A stretch of DNA of 64,000 nt, from assembly GCA_963665125.2 (NCBI GenBank), contig CAXXUK010000001.1, forward strand, positions 1,856,001 to 1,920,000. The letters run 5' to 3'. The stretch comes from an uncultured Desulfarculus sp. (GTDB lineage Bacteria > Desulfobacterota > Desulfarculia > Desulfarculales > Desulfarculaceae). The first letter of the stretch is position 1. Every line of letters begins with the position of its first letter. A program made the position numbers and the translations under genes. This document shows, in pieces, positions 44,788 to 54,136 of the stretch. Below the pieces are notes generated by a model. That model saw only the letters and a program-made list of their open reading frames with translations. It searched no databases and was not told the origin of the DNA.

Positions 44788-45687
44788 ATGAAACGGCTTG
44801 GTTACATCATTTTTGCCTGTCTGCTGGCCGCAGCCATGGGCGCATCAACCGCCCGCGCCGCCCAATACACCGATGAAATGGGGCGCGCCATCGACCTGCC
44901 CAAGACACCCCAGCGCCTCATCGGACTGACCCCGGCCCTGACCGAAACGATCTACGCCCTTGGTTTGGGCGACAAGGCCGTGGGGGCCACGACATGGGCC
45001 GACTATCCCCCGGCCGCCCAAAACCTGCCCAGGGTCGGTTCGTACGTGGCGCCCAACCTGGAGCGCATCATCGAGCTGGCCCCGGACCTGATCCTGGCCA
45101 GCCGGGAAGGCAACCCGCCCGACGTGGTGGATTCGCTGACCAGGATGGGCTTAAAGGTGTACGTCATCGCTCCCAACGACCCGCTTAACCTGCCGGTGAC
45201 CATGGCCAAACTGGGCCAGGTGTGCGGAGCTCCGGAAGCCGGCCGGGCCCTGGCCGATGAGATTCAGAAGCAGTTTGCCAAGGTCATCCGTACGGTGGCC
45301 GGTGCGCCTAAACCGGCGACCTTGATGGTCGTTGGCAGCCAGCCATTGATCACCGCCGGGGAAGGATCGCTGACCAACGCCCTTCTGGTCATGGCCGGGG
45401 GCGCCAATATAGCCAATGGCGTGCCCGGACGCTGGCCCAAGCTGAGCCTGGAAAAAGTGGTCCAGGAGCAGCCCGAGCTGGTGATACTGTCCACCATGGA
45501 GCGGGGCATGGAACGTGACAAGGTCCTGGAGTACTGGCGCAACATGCCCGGCCTCAAGGACCGGCCGGATTTCCGGGTCGCCTACATCGAGTCTTCCATC
45601 GTAGACCGTCCCGGCCCGCGCCTTGGCCAGGGTCTGCTGGAATTGGCCCGCCTGATCCACCCCGAACTATTCGGCGGCGACAGATGA
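44788..45687 (+). CDS. btuF: Cobalamin ABC transporter substrate-binding protein
   Basis: DEMGR..PQRLIGLTPALTE.IYALG, PNLERI, RPGPR; B12 riboswitch upstream. Confidence 0.88.
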   Translation: MKRLGYIIFACLLAAAMGASTARAAQYTDEMGRAIDLPKTPQRLIGLTPALTETIYALGLGDKAVGATTWADYPPAAQNLPRVGSYVAPNLERIIELAPDLILASREGNPPDVVDSLTRMGLKVYVIAPNDPLNLPVTMAKLGQVCGAPEAGRALADEIQKQFAKVIRTVAGAPKPATLMVVGSQPLITAGEGSLTNALLVMAGGANIANGVPGRWPKLSLEKVVQEQPELVILSTMERGMERDKVLEYWRNMPGLKDRPDFRVAYIESSIVDRPGPRLGQGLLELARLIHPELFGGDR

Positions 45688-46688
45688 GGGCGACCAAGTC
45701 AAACCTGGGCCTGCTCTGCCTGGGCCTGGCCGTCCTGGCCCTGGCGGCCATCGTGGCGGGCCTGATGGTGGGAACGGCCCACGTGCCTCTTTCGAGCATC
45801 TGGGCTTGGTGCATCGGCGACGACATCAAGGTCTCCGAAGCCGTGATCGTGGGTCAGTTGCGCCTGCCGCGCCTGCTGCTGGCCTCCCTGGCCGGGGCCT
45901 CGCTGAGCCTGTCGGGCGTGGTGTTTCAGGGCATCCTGCGCAACCCCCTGGCCGAGCCGTTCATCCTGGGCGTATCGGGCGGGGCCGCCACCGGGGCGGT
46001 GCTGGCCCTGACCCTGGGTCTGAGCAGCATCTGGGGCATCTCCCTGCCCGCCTTTGTCGGCGCCCTGGCCACCATGGTCATGGTCCTGGCCATAGCCAAC
46101 CGCAGGGGCGGCATGAACACGGCGTCCATCGTGCTCACCGGCGTTATGATCAATGCGTTTTTCACCGCGGTGATCATGTTCATCATCTCCACCACCACGG
46201 ACCAGAAGCTGCATTCCATATTGTTTTGGCTCTATGGCGACCTGGCCGGGGCCACCATGACCCAGGCCGCCCTGCTGGCGCCGGTGCTGGCCGTGGCCGG
46301 GGCCGTATTATGGCGTTTCGCCCGGCACCTGAACCTCCTGAACGCCGGTGACATCGCCGCCGCATCCCTTGGCGTTGAAGTCCGGCGCACCAAGTTCATC
46401 CTGCTGAGCACCGCCAGCCTGCTTGTGGGCGTGGCCGTCAGTCTGACCGGCCTCATCGGCTTCGTGGGACTGATGGCCCCGCACTTGCTGCGCATGGCCA
46501 TAGGCCATGACCACCGTTTGCTGCTGCCCGGCTCGGTGCTGTTCGGTGCGGCGTTTTTATGCCTTGCCGACACCGTTGCCCGCACCGTCATCAGCCCTTC
46601 GTCGCTGCCCGTGGGCGTGGTCACGGCCATGCTGGGCGCTCCGTTCTTCCTGATGCTCATGGCCAAAAGGGGCAGCCGGTGGTTTTAG
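45684..46688 (+). CDS. btuC: Cobalamin ABC transporter permease (FecCD/BtuC)
   Basis: LRLPR, FQGILRNPLAEPFILGVSGGA, GLIGFVGL.APH, LPVGVVTA.LGAPFF. Confidence 0.9.
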   Translation: MRATKSNLGLLCLGLAVLALAAIVAGLMVGTAHVPLSSIWAWCIGDDIKVSEAVIVGQLRLPRLLLASLAGASLSLSGVVFQGILRNPLAEPFILGVSGGAATGAVLALTLGLSSIWGISLPAFVGALATMVMVLAIANRRGGMNTASIVLTGVMINAFFTAVIMFIISTTTDQKLHSILFWLYGDLAGATMTQAALLAPVLAVAGAVLWRFARHLNLLNAGDIAAASLGVEVRRTKFILLSTASLLVGVAVSLTGLIGFVGLMAPHLLRMAIGHDHRLLLPGSVLFGAAFLCLADTVARTVISPSSLPVGVVTAMLGAPFFLMLMAKRGSRWF

Positions 46689-47512
46689 ACAAACGAAATC
46701 AAGCCATCCTGGAGGGCCGGGACCTGGAATACGCCTATGGCAGCACCCGTGTGCTGACGGGAGTGGTTGTCAGCCTTGAGCGGGGTGAAATCCTGGGCAT
46801 TCTTGGCCCCAACGGCTCGGGCAAATCAACGCTTTTAGGGCTTCTTTCGGGTTTGATATCTCCGGCAAAGGGCCAAGTTCTGTTGGAAGGCAAACCCATT
46901 GCCTCCTTGTCCCGGACCCAAATCGCCCGAACCATGGGTCTGGTTCCCCAAACGCCGGAGGTCTCACCGGGCCTGAGCGTAATCGAAACCGTTTTGGCCG
47001 GCCGTTTCAACCTCATGGGCGGACGCCAGTTTGAGAACAAGGCCGACGAGCAGGCCGCTGCGGACGCCCTGAAGATGACCGGGCTGACGGCCTTGGCCCA
47101 ACGCTCGGCCGGGGCCCTTTCCGGCGGAGAGGCCCAGCGTCTGGCCCTGGCCAGGGCCATGGCCGCCGAACCTCGGCTCCTGCTCCTGGATGAGCCCACC
47201 AGCGCTCTGGATCTGGATCACCAGATGGGCGTGATGTCCATGTTGGAAAGGCGCGCCATTGCCAGCGAACTGGCGGTGTGCATCGTCAGCCACGACCTGA
47301 ACCTGGCCTCTTTGTTTTGCCACAAACTTCTGTTGCTGCACGAGGGCAAGGCTCTGGCCTGGGGCTCTCCCGAAGAGGTGTTGCGGCCGGAGCTGTTGCA
47401 CAAGGCCTACGGCGTAAAGACCCATGTGGACAATGAACCGAGCCGGGGCCGTCCCAGGGTGACGACATTGGCTCCTCCCCTGCCTGACCAGACCGTCACG
47501 AAAGTCGGGTAA
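46679..47512 (+). CDS. btuD: Cobalamin ABC transporter ATPase
   Basis: GPNGSGKST, LSGGEAQR, LDEPTSALD, SHDLNLA; GTG 46679 overlaps the end of btuC. Confidence 0.88.
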   Translation: MVLDKRNQAILEGRDLEYAYGSTRVLTGVVVSLERGEILGILGPNGSGKSTLLGLLSGLISPAKGQVLLEGKPIASLSRTQIARTMGLVPQTPEVSPGLSVIETVLAGRFNLMGGRQFENKADEQAAADALKMTGLTALAQRSAGALSGGEAQRLALARAMAAEPRLLLLDEPTSALDLDHQMGVMSMLERRAIASELAVCIVSHDLNLASLFCHKLLLLHEGKALAWGSPEEVLRPELLHKAYGVKTHVDNEPSRGRPRVTTLAPPLPDQTVTKVG

Positions 47513-47667
47513 ATATTTGATTTAGACGGCTTGCCCATTGTGTTAAACTGCCACTAATTTGAAATCAGGGGCAAATCGTTATTGCTAACGAATCGCCCGG
47601 GCCACCTGCCCGGCCCCGGTTTCGCCCCAACTAGTTAAAAACCAATTTGTAAACTCATGGGGTACCG

Positions 47668-49191
47668 ATGCGCTCCAAGGCTGACCGAAAAAAGACGCCA
47701 TGGCTGTGGCTCGCACTAACGGCCATAATCATGACCCTGATGCTGCCTGGTTGTATAACCGTAGGGCCTGATTATGAAAAGCCTGATTCGGACATGCCCA
47801 AGAAATGGGACCTGCCCGAAGACCCGGCCGTAAAACCCGATGCGGGCAATATCCAGAAATGGTGGTCGGTATTCCAGGACCCCATCCTTGACGGTCTCAT
47901 CAAAACCGCGGGGGAAAACAACCTGGACCTGCGCAACGCCTATGCCAGGGTCAGGCAGGCCCGGGCCCAGATCGGCGTGGCCAGGGGTGAACTGCTGCCC
48001 TCCCTTGACGCCAGCGGCAGCTACTCCCAGTCAAAGACCAGTGAATACGACGCCGTACCCGGCGGACCGGTAATCGACAATACCCAGATCGGCGCCAATG
48101 CCAGTTGGGAAATCGATTTCTGGGGCCGTATCCGCCGCTCGGTGGAATCGGCCACGGCCGATTGGCAGGCCTCCGAAGAAGACCGCGTCGATATCATGAT
48201 CACCCTCTATTCCGAAGTGGCCCAGACCTATTTTGATCTGCGCAGCGCCCAGGCCCGGTTGGCCGCAGCCTATGAAAACATCATCAGCCAAAAGGAAGTG
48301 CTCAAGCTGACCGAATCGCGCTTCCGCAACGGCCTGGCCACCGACCTCGACGTTTCCCAGGCTGAAACGGTTTTGGCCAGCACCGAAGCCGAGGTCCCTC
48401 CCTTGAAGATCAGCCAGGAGCAGGCTCTCAACACTATTGACCTGCTGCTTGGAAATCAGCCCGGCCGATCCAGGGACCTTTTGGAGCCGATCAAGGCACT
48501 ACCCCATCCGCCCACCGAGGTGGCCGTGGGCATGCCGGCCAATATTCTGCGGCAAAGGCCCGATATCCGTAAAGCCGAACGCCAGCTTGCCTCGGCCACG
48601 GCCCAGATCGGCGTGGCCAAGGCCGACCTGTATCCCAGCTTTTCCATCTTCGGCAACATCGGCTATTCAGCGGCCGCCGGAGGTAACCTGTTCAAATCCG
48701 GCAGCGACTTTTACAGTTGGGGCCCCCAGTTCCAGTGGAAGATATTTGAGGGCGGTCGCATCAAAGCCCAAATCGAGGTTGCCGGTTACCAGGCCGAGCA
48801 GGCGCTGTTGACCTATCAGCAGACCGTGCTAGGCGCCCTTGGCGAAGTGCAAAACACCATCGTTTCCTATGTGCAACAAAGAAACAGGGTCGCCGCCCTG
48901 GACCGCACGGTGAGATCATCCCGGCGGACCCTGGAGCTGGCCATCCGGCTCTACAAGGACGGCCTGCAGGACTTCCAGCCTGTCCTGGACGCTCAGCGCA
49001 CTCTGTTCCAGTATGAAGATCAACTGGCCCAGGCCAGAGGGAACGCTGCCAGCAACCTGGTGCTTTTGTACAAGGCGCTGGGCGGCGGCTGGGATATCGC
49101 GGCAGATGAGCAAAGCCGGCTGCAGGAGCACCAGGATGTAGACGCCGCCAAGGCGCCCGCATCAGCGAAAAACGAGGAAGAAGAGAAGTAA
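47668..49191 (+). CDS. RND efflux outer-membrane lipoprotein (NodT/OprM family)
   Basis: Lipobox LPGC-ITVGPDY, WEIDFWGRIRR, RPDIRKAER, LYKALGGGW. Confidence 0.93.
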   Translation: MRSKADRKKTPWLWLALTAIIMTLMLPGCITVGPDYEKPDSDMPKKWDLPEDPAVKPDAGNIQKWWSVFQDPILDGLIKTAGENNLDLRNAYARVRQARAQIGVARGELLPSLDASGSYSQSKTSEYDAVPGGPVIDNTQIGANASWEIDFWGRIRRSVESATADWQASEEDRVDIMITLYSEVAQTYFDLRSAQARLAAAYENIISQKEVLKLTESRFRNGLATDLDVSQAETVLASTEAEVPPLKISQEQALNTIDLLLGNQPGRSRDLLEPIKALPHPPTEVAVGMPANILRQRPDIRKAERQLASATAQIGVAKADLYPSFSIFGNIGYSAAAGGNLFKSGSDFYSWGPQFQWKIFEGGRIKAQIEVAGYQAEQALLTYQQTVLGALGEVQNTIVSYVQQRNRVAALDRTVRSSRRTLELAIRLYKDGLQDFQPVLDAQRTLFQYEDQLAQARGNAASNLVLLYKALGGGWDIAADEQSRLQEHQDVDAAKAPASAKNEEEEK

Positions 49192-49224
49192 CTACACGCC
49201 TGGACCATGGCGGGGAATGGACTT

Positions 49225-50496
49225 ATGAAATTGAGACTCGGGCTTTTGAACGGTTTCAGATACGCGGCATGGGCGGCCATGGTTGCCGCCACGGTGGTTT
49301 TGGGCGGTTGCAAACAGGCCGAATACAAGGCTCCGCCGCCTCCGGTGGTCACCGTGGACAAACCCACGGTAAAGGAAGTGACCATCTACGCCGACTATAC
49401 TGGCTTTACCCAGGCCTATGCCTCGGTGGACCTGCGGGCCAGGGTCGAAGGCTTCCTGGATGGGATGCATTTCACGCCGGGCGACAGGGTGGAGCCGGGC
49501 AAGTTGCTGTTCACCATCGACCCAAAGCCCTTTGAGGCCTCCAGAGACCAGGCCGCCGGCGTACTGGCCCAAAGGATCGCCGAGTTGCAGCTCGCCGACG
49601 CCACACTGGTCCGCAAGGAAAGGGCCTACAAAGACCGGGCCGTCAGCGAGGTCGAGGTTATCGAGGCCAAGGCCAACAAGGCAGAGGCCGAGGCGGCCAT
49701 CAAATCCGCCAGGGCCGACCTGGAATCAGCCAAAATCAATCTAAGCTACACCAAGATCAACTCGCCCATCGAAGGGCGGGTGACCCGCAACCTGGTGGAC
49801 ACCGGCAACCTGGTAGGCGCCGGTGAAAAGACCCTGCTGGCCAACGTTGTCGACGACGACCCCATATACGTCTACTTCAACGTGTCTGCCAACGACCTGC
49901 TGTTTTACCAAAAAGAGACCCGCGAAAGCCCGGATTGGTCCAAAAAGCAGGATGACCCCACGGCCTACATGGCCTTGGCCAATGAAGAGGGATACCCCCA
50001 TAAGGGCGCCCTGGATTACATGGACAACAAGATCGACCAGGCCACCGGCACCATTCAGGTCCGCGGCAACTTCCCCAACGCCGACCACAGAATACTTCCG
50101 GGTCTGTTTGTCCGAATCCGCCTTCCCCTGGTCAACAAGAAAGACGCGGTTCTGGTGCCCGACACGGCTATTGGCACGGACTTGGGCGGCAAGTATGTCC
50201 TGGTGGTCGGTGACAAGAACATAGCCGAATACCGCAAGATTGAAGCCGGTCCGCTCTATGGCGCGGAGAGGCTTATCACCAGCGGCCTCAAAGCCGGAGA
50301 GACCATCATCATCAACGGAATGCAGATGGTCCGCCCCGGCGCGCCGGTCACCCCGATGACCAAAGAGCAAATGCAACAGGCCGAAGCCCAGGCCCAAGCC
50401 AAGGCCGAGGAGGCCAAGGGCCATAACGGCCAGGCCAAACCCGCCGGTGAGGCGACCGGAGACAAGGACAAGACGGCGGACAAGGCCGGGAAGTAA
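49225..50496 (+). CDS. RND efflux periplasmic adaptor (MFP)
   Basis: Lipobox LGGC, LRARVEG, LFTIDP, LSYTKINSPIEG, TGTIQVRG.FPN. Confidence 0.93.
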   Translation: MKLRLGLLNGFRYAAWAAMVAATVVLGGCKQAEYKAPPPPVVTVDKPTVKEVTIYADYTGFTQAYASVDLRARVEGFLDGMHFTPGDRVEPGKLLFTIDPKPFEASRDQAAGVLAQRIAELQLADATLVRKERAYKDRAVSEVEVIEAKANKAEAEAAIKSARADLESAKINLSYTKINSPIEGRVTRNLVDTGNLVGAGEKTLLANVVDDDPIYVYFNVSANDLLFYQKETRESPDWSKKQDDPTAYMALANEEGYPHKGALDYMDNKIDQATGTIQVRGNFPNADHRILPGLFVRIRLPLVNKKDAVLVPDTAIGTDLGGKYVLVVGDKNIAEYRKIEAGPLYGAERLITSGLKAGETIIINGMQMVRPGAPVTPMTKEQMQQAEAQAQAKAEEAKGHNGQAKPAGEATGDKDKTADKAGK

Positions 50497-50509
50497 GCGA
50501 GTCTAGAGC

Positions 50510-53500
50510 ATGTTTTCGCGCTTTTTCATCAACCGCCCCATCTTTTCGGCTGTTGTCTCCATCGTCATCGTGCTCAGCGGTCTGATTACGCTCAGCGCCC
50601 TGCCGGTGGCCCAGTATCCGGAAATAGCACCGCCCACCATCCAGGTTACGGCCAGCTATCCCGGTGCCAACGCCAAGGTTGTCGCCGACACGGTGGCCGC
50701 GCCCATTGAACAGCAGGTCAACGGCGTCGAGGGCATGATCTACATGTCCAGCGTCAGCGCGGCAGACGGCAGCTACACATTGACGGTCACCTTTGAGACC
50801 GGCACCGACACCGACATGGCCAACGTGCTGGTGCAAAACCGCGTGGCCATCGCCCAGAACACCCTGCCCTCCGACGTGCGCCGCCTGGGCGTGAACACCA
50901 AAAAGCAGTCCACCAACTTCGCGGCCATGATAACCCTGGTTTCCAACGACGGCCGCTATGACGACGTATATCTTTCCAACTACGCCACGGTCTACATCCG
51001 CGATGAGCTCAGCCGCATCAACGGCGCCAGCGACGTCTCGGTGTTGGGCGCCGGCGACTATTCCATGCGTGTTTGGCTCAACCCCGAAAAGCTCAAGTAC
51101 CTCGGCCTGACCACCGATGACGTGACCAACGCCATCAGCGAGCAGAACGTACAGGTGGCCGCCGGCATCATCGGCCAGCCCCCGGCGCCCAAGGAGCAGA
51201 GCTTCCAGTACACGGTCAGTGTGTTGGGGCGCCTTGAAGATGTGGAGCAATTCAAGAACATCATCGTCAAAACCGGCGATGACGGCCGCCTAGTGCGGGT
51301 CAAGGACATCGGCACAGTCGAACTGGGCGCAAAGACATACACCATCAAGAGCCAGCGCAACGGCAAACCAACAGCGCTGTTGATGATCTACCAGTTGCCG
51401 GGGGCCAACCTATTGGCCCTGACCGAAGCCATCCAGGCCAAGATGGAGGAACTGGCCGAGCGTTTTCCCGAAAGCGTGGAATACCAGGTCACCTACAACG
51501 CGGCCGACGTCATCCGGGCCTCCATCAGTGAAATCGTCGAGACGCTGGTCATCGCCGCGATCCTGGTCATCCTGACGGTGTATGTATTCCTGCAGGACAT
51601 GAGGGCCACGCTGATTCCGGCCATAACCATACCCGTGTCGCTCATCGGCACGTTCCTGGTCATGGCCATCCTGGGCTTTTCCATCAATACGCTGACCTTG
51701 TTCGGACTGGTGTTAGCCATCGGCATTGTCGTTGACGACGCCATTGTCGTGGTGGAAAACGCCTCGCGAAACATCGACGAAACGGGTCTGCCGCCAAAGG
51801 AAGCCACGGTCAAGGCCATGGAGGAGGTCACTTCTCCGGTTATCGCCACCACCATGGTCTTGATGGCCGTGTTCGTGCCCACCGCGTTCATGGGCGGCAT
51901 GACCGGCGTCCTGTACAAGCAGTTCGCCCTTACCATCGCCACGGCCACCTTCTTCAGTTCCATCAACGCCCTGACCCTGAGCCCGGCGTTATGCGGTCTG
52001 GTGCTCAGGCCTTCCAAGGAGCACAAGCACGGTTTCTTCAAGTGGTTCAACGACACCATGCACTTCACCACGAACAAATATCTGAAGATCGTGGGCATGG
52101 GCGTGCGCCGCACGGGCTTCGCGCTGATTCTGTTCCTGGTTTTTGCCATACTGGCCGCCTTTGGCATGATCCACACCCCCACCGGATTCGTGCCCGAGGA
52201 AGACAACGGCTACATGATGGTCAACGTGCAACTTCCCGACGCGGCAAGCCAGGAGCGCACAGAGGCCGTGATGAAAAAATGCAACCAGATCGTGGCCAAC
52301 ACCCCCGGCGTGGCCAACTTTATCAGCGTCATCGGCTACAGCTTTTTGGACAGCGCGGCCAACTCCAACATGGGCGGCATGGTCATCGTGTTCAAGCCCT
52401 GGGATGATCGTACAGCGCCGGAAGAGCAGCAAAGCGCAATCTTGAACCACCTGCGCCGCGAATTTTACATGATTCAAGAGGCCATTGTTTTCGCCTTTAT
52501 TCCGCCCGCGTTGCCCGGCCTGGGCACGACCGGTGGATTCACCATGCAGTTGCAGGACCGAGGCGGGGTCGGGCTCAACCAGTTGCAGCAGGTCGCCGAT
52601 GAAATGGTTTCCGACGGCAACGCCCAAAGCGGTCTTACCGGAATGTACACCGGTATCCGCGTGAACGTGCCCCAGTTGTTCGCCGACATAGACCGCGAAC
52701 AGGTCAAGAGCATGAACGTTCCCTTGAGCAACGTGTTCAGCACGCTCCAGGCCTATCTCGGATCTTCCTATGTCAACGACTTCAACAAGTTCGGCCGCAC
52801 CTACCAGGTCAACATCCAGGCGGACAGCAAATTCAGGGCCCAGCCGGACGACATCGAAAAGCTCGACGTGCGCAACAACAACGGCGAGATGATTCCCCTG
52901 GGCACGCTGATCAAGGTGGAGCCATCGTTCGGGCCCCAGTTGATCACCCGCTACAACGTCTACCCGGCAGCCACCGTCCAAGGTTCGGCCGCGCCGGGCT
53001 TCTCCAGCGGCCAGGCCATGGACATCATGGAACAGATGGCCAAGGAAAAGATGCCCCGCAGCATGGGCTATGAATGGACCGGCATGTCCTATCAGGAAAG
53101 GATCGCCGGAAGCCAGGCCCCGGTCATATTCACTATCGCCGTCATCTTCGTCTATCTGTTCCTGGCGGCCCAGTATGAAAGCTGGAAGATTCCGGTGTCG
53201 GTCATCCTGTCCGTGCCGCTGGCCCTGTTCGGCGCCTTCCTGGCCGTTATCATGCGCGGTATGGACAACAACACCTACACCCAGATCGGTTTGATCCTGC
53301 TCATCGGCATGGCCACCAAAAACGCCATCCTCATCGTGGAGTTCGCCAAGGACGCCCACGAGCTAAAGGGCATGAGCGTCATCGACGCGGCCATGGACGC
53401 GGCCAAACTGCGATTCCGGCCCATCCTGATGACTGCGTTTTCGTTCATTCTGGGTGTCTTGCCGCTGGTCATAGCCGACGGCGCCGGCGCGGGCAGCCGC

Positions 53501-53659
53501 CGAGCCCTGGGTACGGCCGTGTTCGGCGGCATGCTGGCGGCAACGGTGATGGGCGTGATTTTCGTACCAGCCCTGTACGTCATATTCCAGAGTCTGGGCC
53601 AAAGCCGCAAGAGCAAGAAGCAGGCCGCCATGCCGGCGGCACCAACCCAAACAGACTAA
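50510..53659 (+). CDS. RND efflux transporter permease (HAE1/AcrB family)
   Basis: FFINRPIF, LPVAQYPEIAPP, AIGIVVDDAIVVVEN, KNAILIVEFA, RFRPILMT. Confidence 0.96.
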   Translation: MFSRFFINRPIFSAVVSIVIVLSGLITLSALPVAQYPEIAPPTIQVTASYPGANAKVVADTVAAPIEQQVNGVEGMIYMSSVSAADGSYTLTVTFETGTDTDMANVLVQNRVAIAQNTLPSDVRRLGVNTKKQSTNFAAMITLVSNDGRYDDVYLSNYATVYIRDELSRINGASDVSVLGAGDYSMRVWLNPEKLKYLGLTTDDVTNAISEQNVQVAAGIIGQPPAPKEQSFQYTVSVLGRLEDVEQFKNIIVKTGDDGRLVRVKDIGTVELGAKTYTIKSQRNGKPTALLMIYQLPGANLLALTEAIQAKMEELAERFPESVEYQVTYNAADVIRASISEIVETLVIAAILVILTVYVFLQDMRATLIPAITIPVSLIGTFLVMAILGFSINTLTLFGLVLAIGIVVDDAIVVVENASRNIDETGLPPKEATVKAMEEVTSPVIATTMVLMAVFVPTAFMGGMTGVLYKQFALTIATATFFSSINALTLSPALCGLVLRPSKEHKHGFFKWFNDTMHFTTNKYLKIVGMGVRRTGFALILFLVFAILAAFGMIHTPTGFVPEEDNGYMMVNVQLPDAASQERTEAVMKKCNQIVANTPGVANFISVIGYSFLDSAANSNMGGMVIVFKPWDDRTAPEEQQSAILNHLRREFYMIQEAIVFAFIPPALPGLGTTGGFTMQLQDRGGVGLNQLQQVADEMVSDGNAQSGLTGMYTGIRVNVPQLFADIDREQVKSMNVPLSNVFSTLQAYLGSSYVNDFNKFGRTYQVNIQADSKFRAQPDDIEKLDVRNNNGEMIPLGTLIKVEPSFGPQLITRYNVYPAATVQGSAAPGFSSGQAMDIMEQMAKEKMPRSMGYEWTGMSYQERIAGSQAPVIFTIAVIFVYLFLAAQYESWKIPVSVILSVPLALFGAFLAVIMRGMDNNTYTQIGLILLIGMATKNAILIVEFAKDAHELKGMSVIDAAMDAAKLRFRPILMTAFSFILGVLPLVIADGAGAGSRRALGTAVFGGMLAATVMGVIFVPALYVIFQSLGQSRKSKKQAAMPAAPTQTD

Positions 53660-53685
53660 GTTTGTTCATAAATAGTCAAGGTACC

Positions 53686-53717
53686 ACGGCGTCCCCTTTG
53701 GGGGACGCCGTTCGTTT
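53686..53717 (+). terminator. Intrinsic terminator after the RND operon
   Basis: ACGGCGTCCCC-TTTG-GGGGACGCCGT then TCGTTT. Confidence 0.75.
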
Positions 53718-53760
53718 ATAGCCGCTACGGATTATCTCCCCCGACAGCTATAAGTATTAG

Positions 53761-53793
53761 CTATTTGACAAATAGGTTCAGCCCATATACCGT
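53761..53793 (+). promoter_or_regulatory. Putative sigma70 promoter of hdrA-flx with a 15-bp palindrome over the -35 box
   Basis: TTGACA-N17-TACCGT; CTATTTG-A-CAAATAG at 53761-53775. Confidence 0.55.
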
Positions 53794-54136
53794 CTACCTA
53801 CCGAAGAACTCTAGCCTTTTACAGGTAAACTTAATGAAACTGCGCATCGGCTTTACTTGAGAACCTGGATTGAAATCTACCCGGGCACGGTAGGCTGGCG
53901 GAGTTCTGACAAACCTGCAATTTTTTTTCCCATCGCAAGTTACCCTCTGCACAAGCCGCTGGCCCACCGCCATGGTTAATTTCCTTATTCTACCAGGTCT
54001 ATTGTGGATTAAACGGTGGATACACCATGTTCCCAGCCGATCATGGCGACCGGCGGAGTTTTATGGGGTTGTAACAATCAAGTGAAACTACTTGTTTTTT
54101 TTAATCAAGCCACTAAGTCATCGAGGAGCTTTTGTG

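Noticed and set aside
47557..47600. c-di-GMP-I riboswitch before the RND operon (GGGCAAA start)
   Set aside because: Lacks the GNRA loop and ACGCAAA junction; only a TCGTTA-TTGC-TAACGA inverted repeat, at most an operator.
53660..54136. Rex operator upstream of hdrA-flx
   Set aside because: No convincing TTGTGAA-N4-TTCACAA match found by eye.
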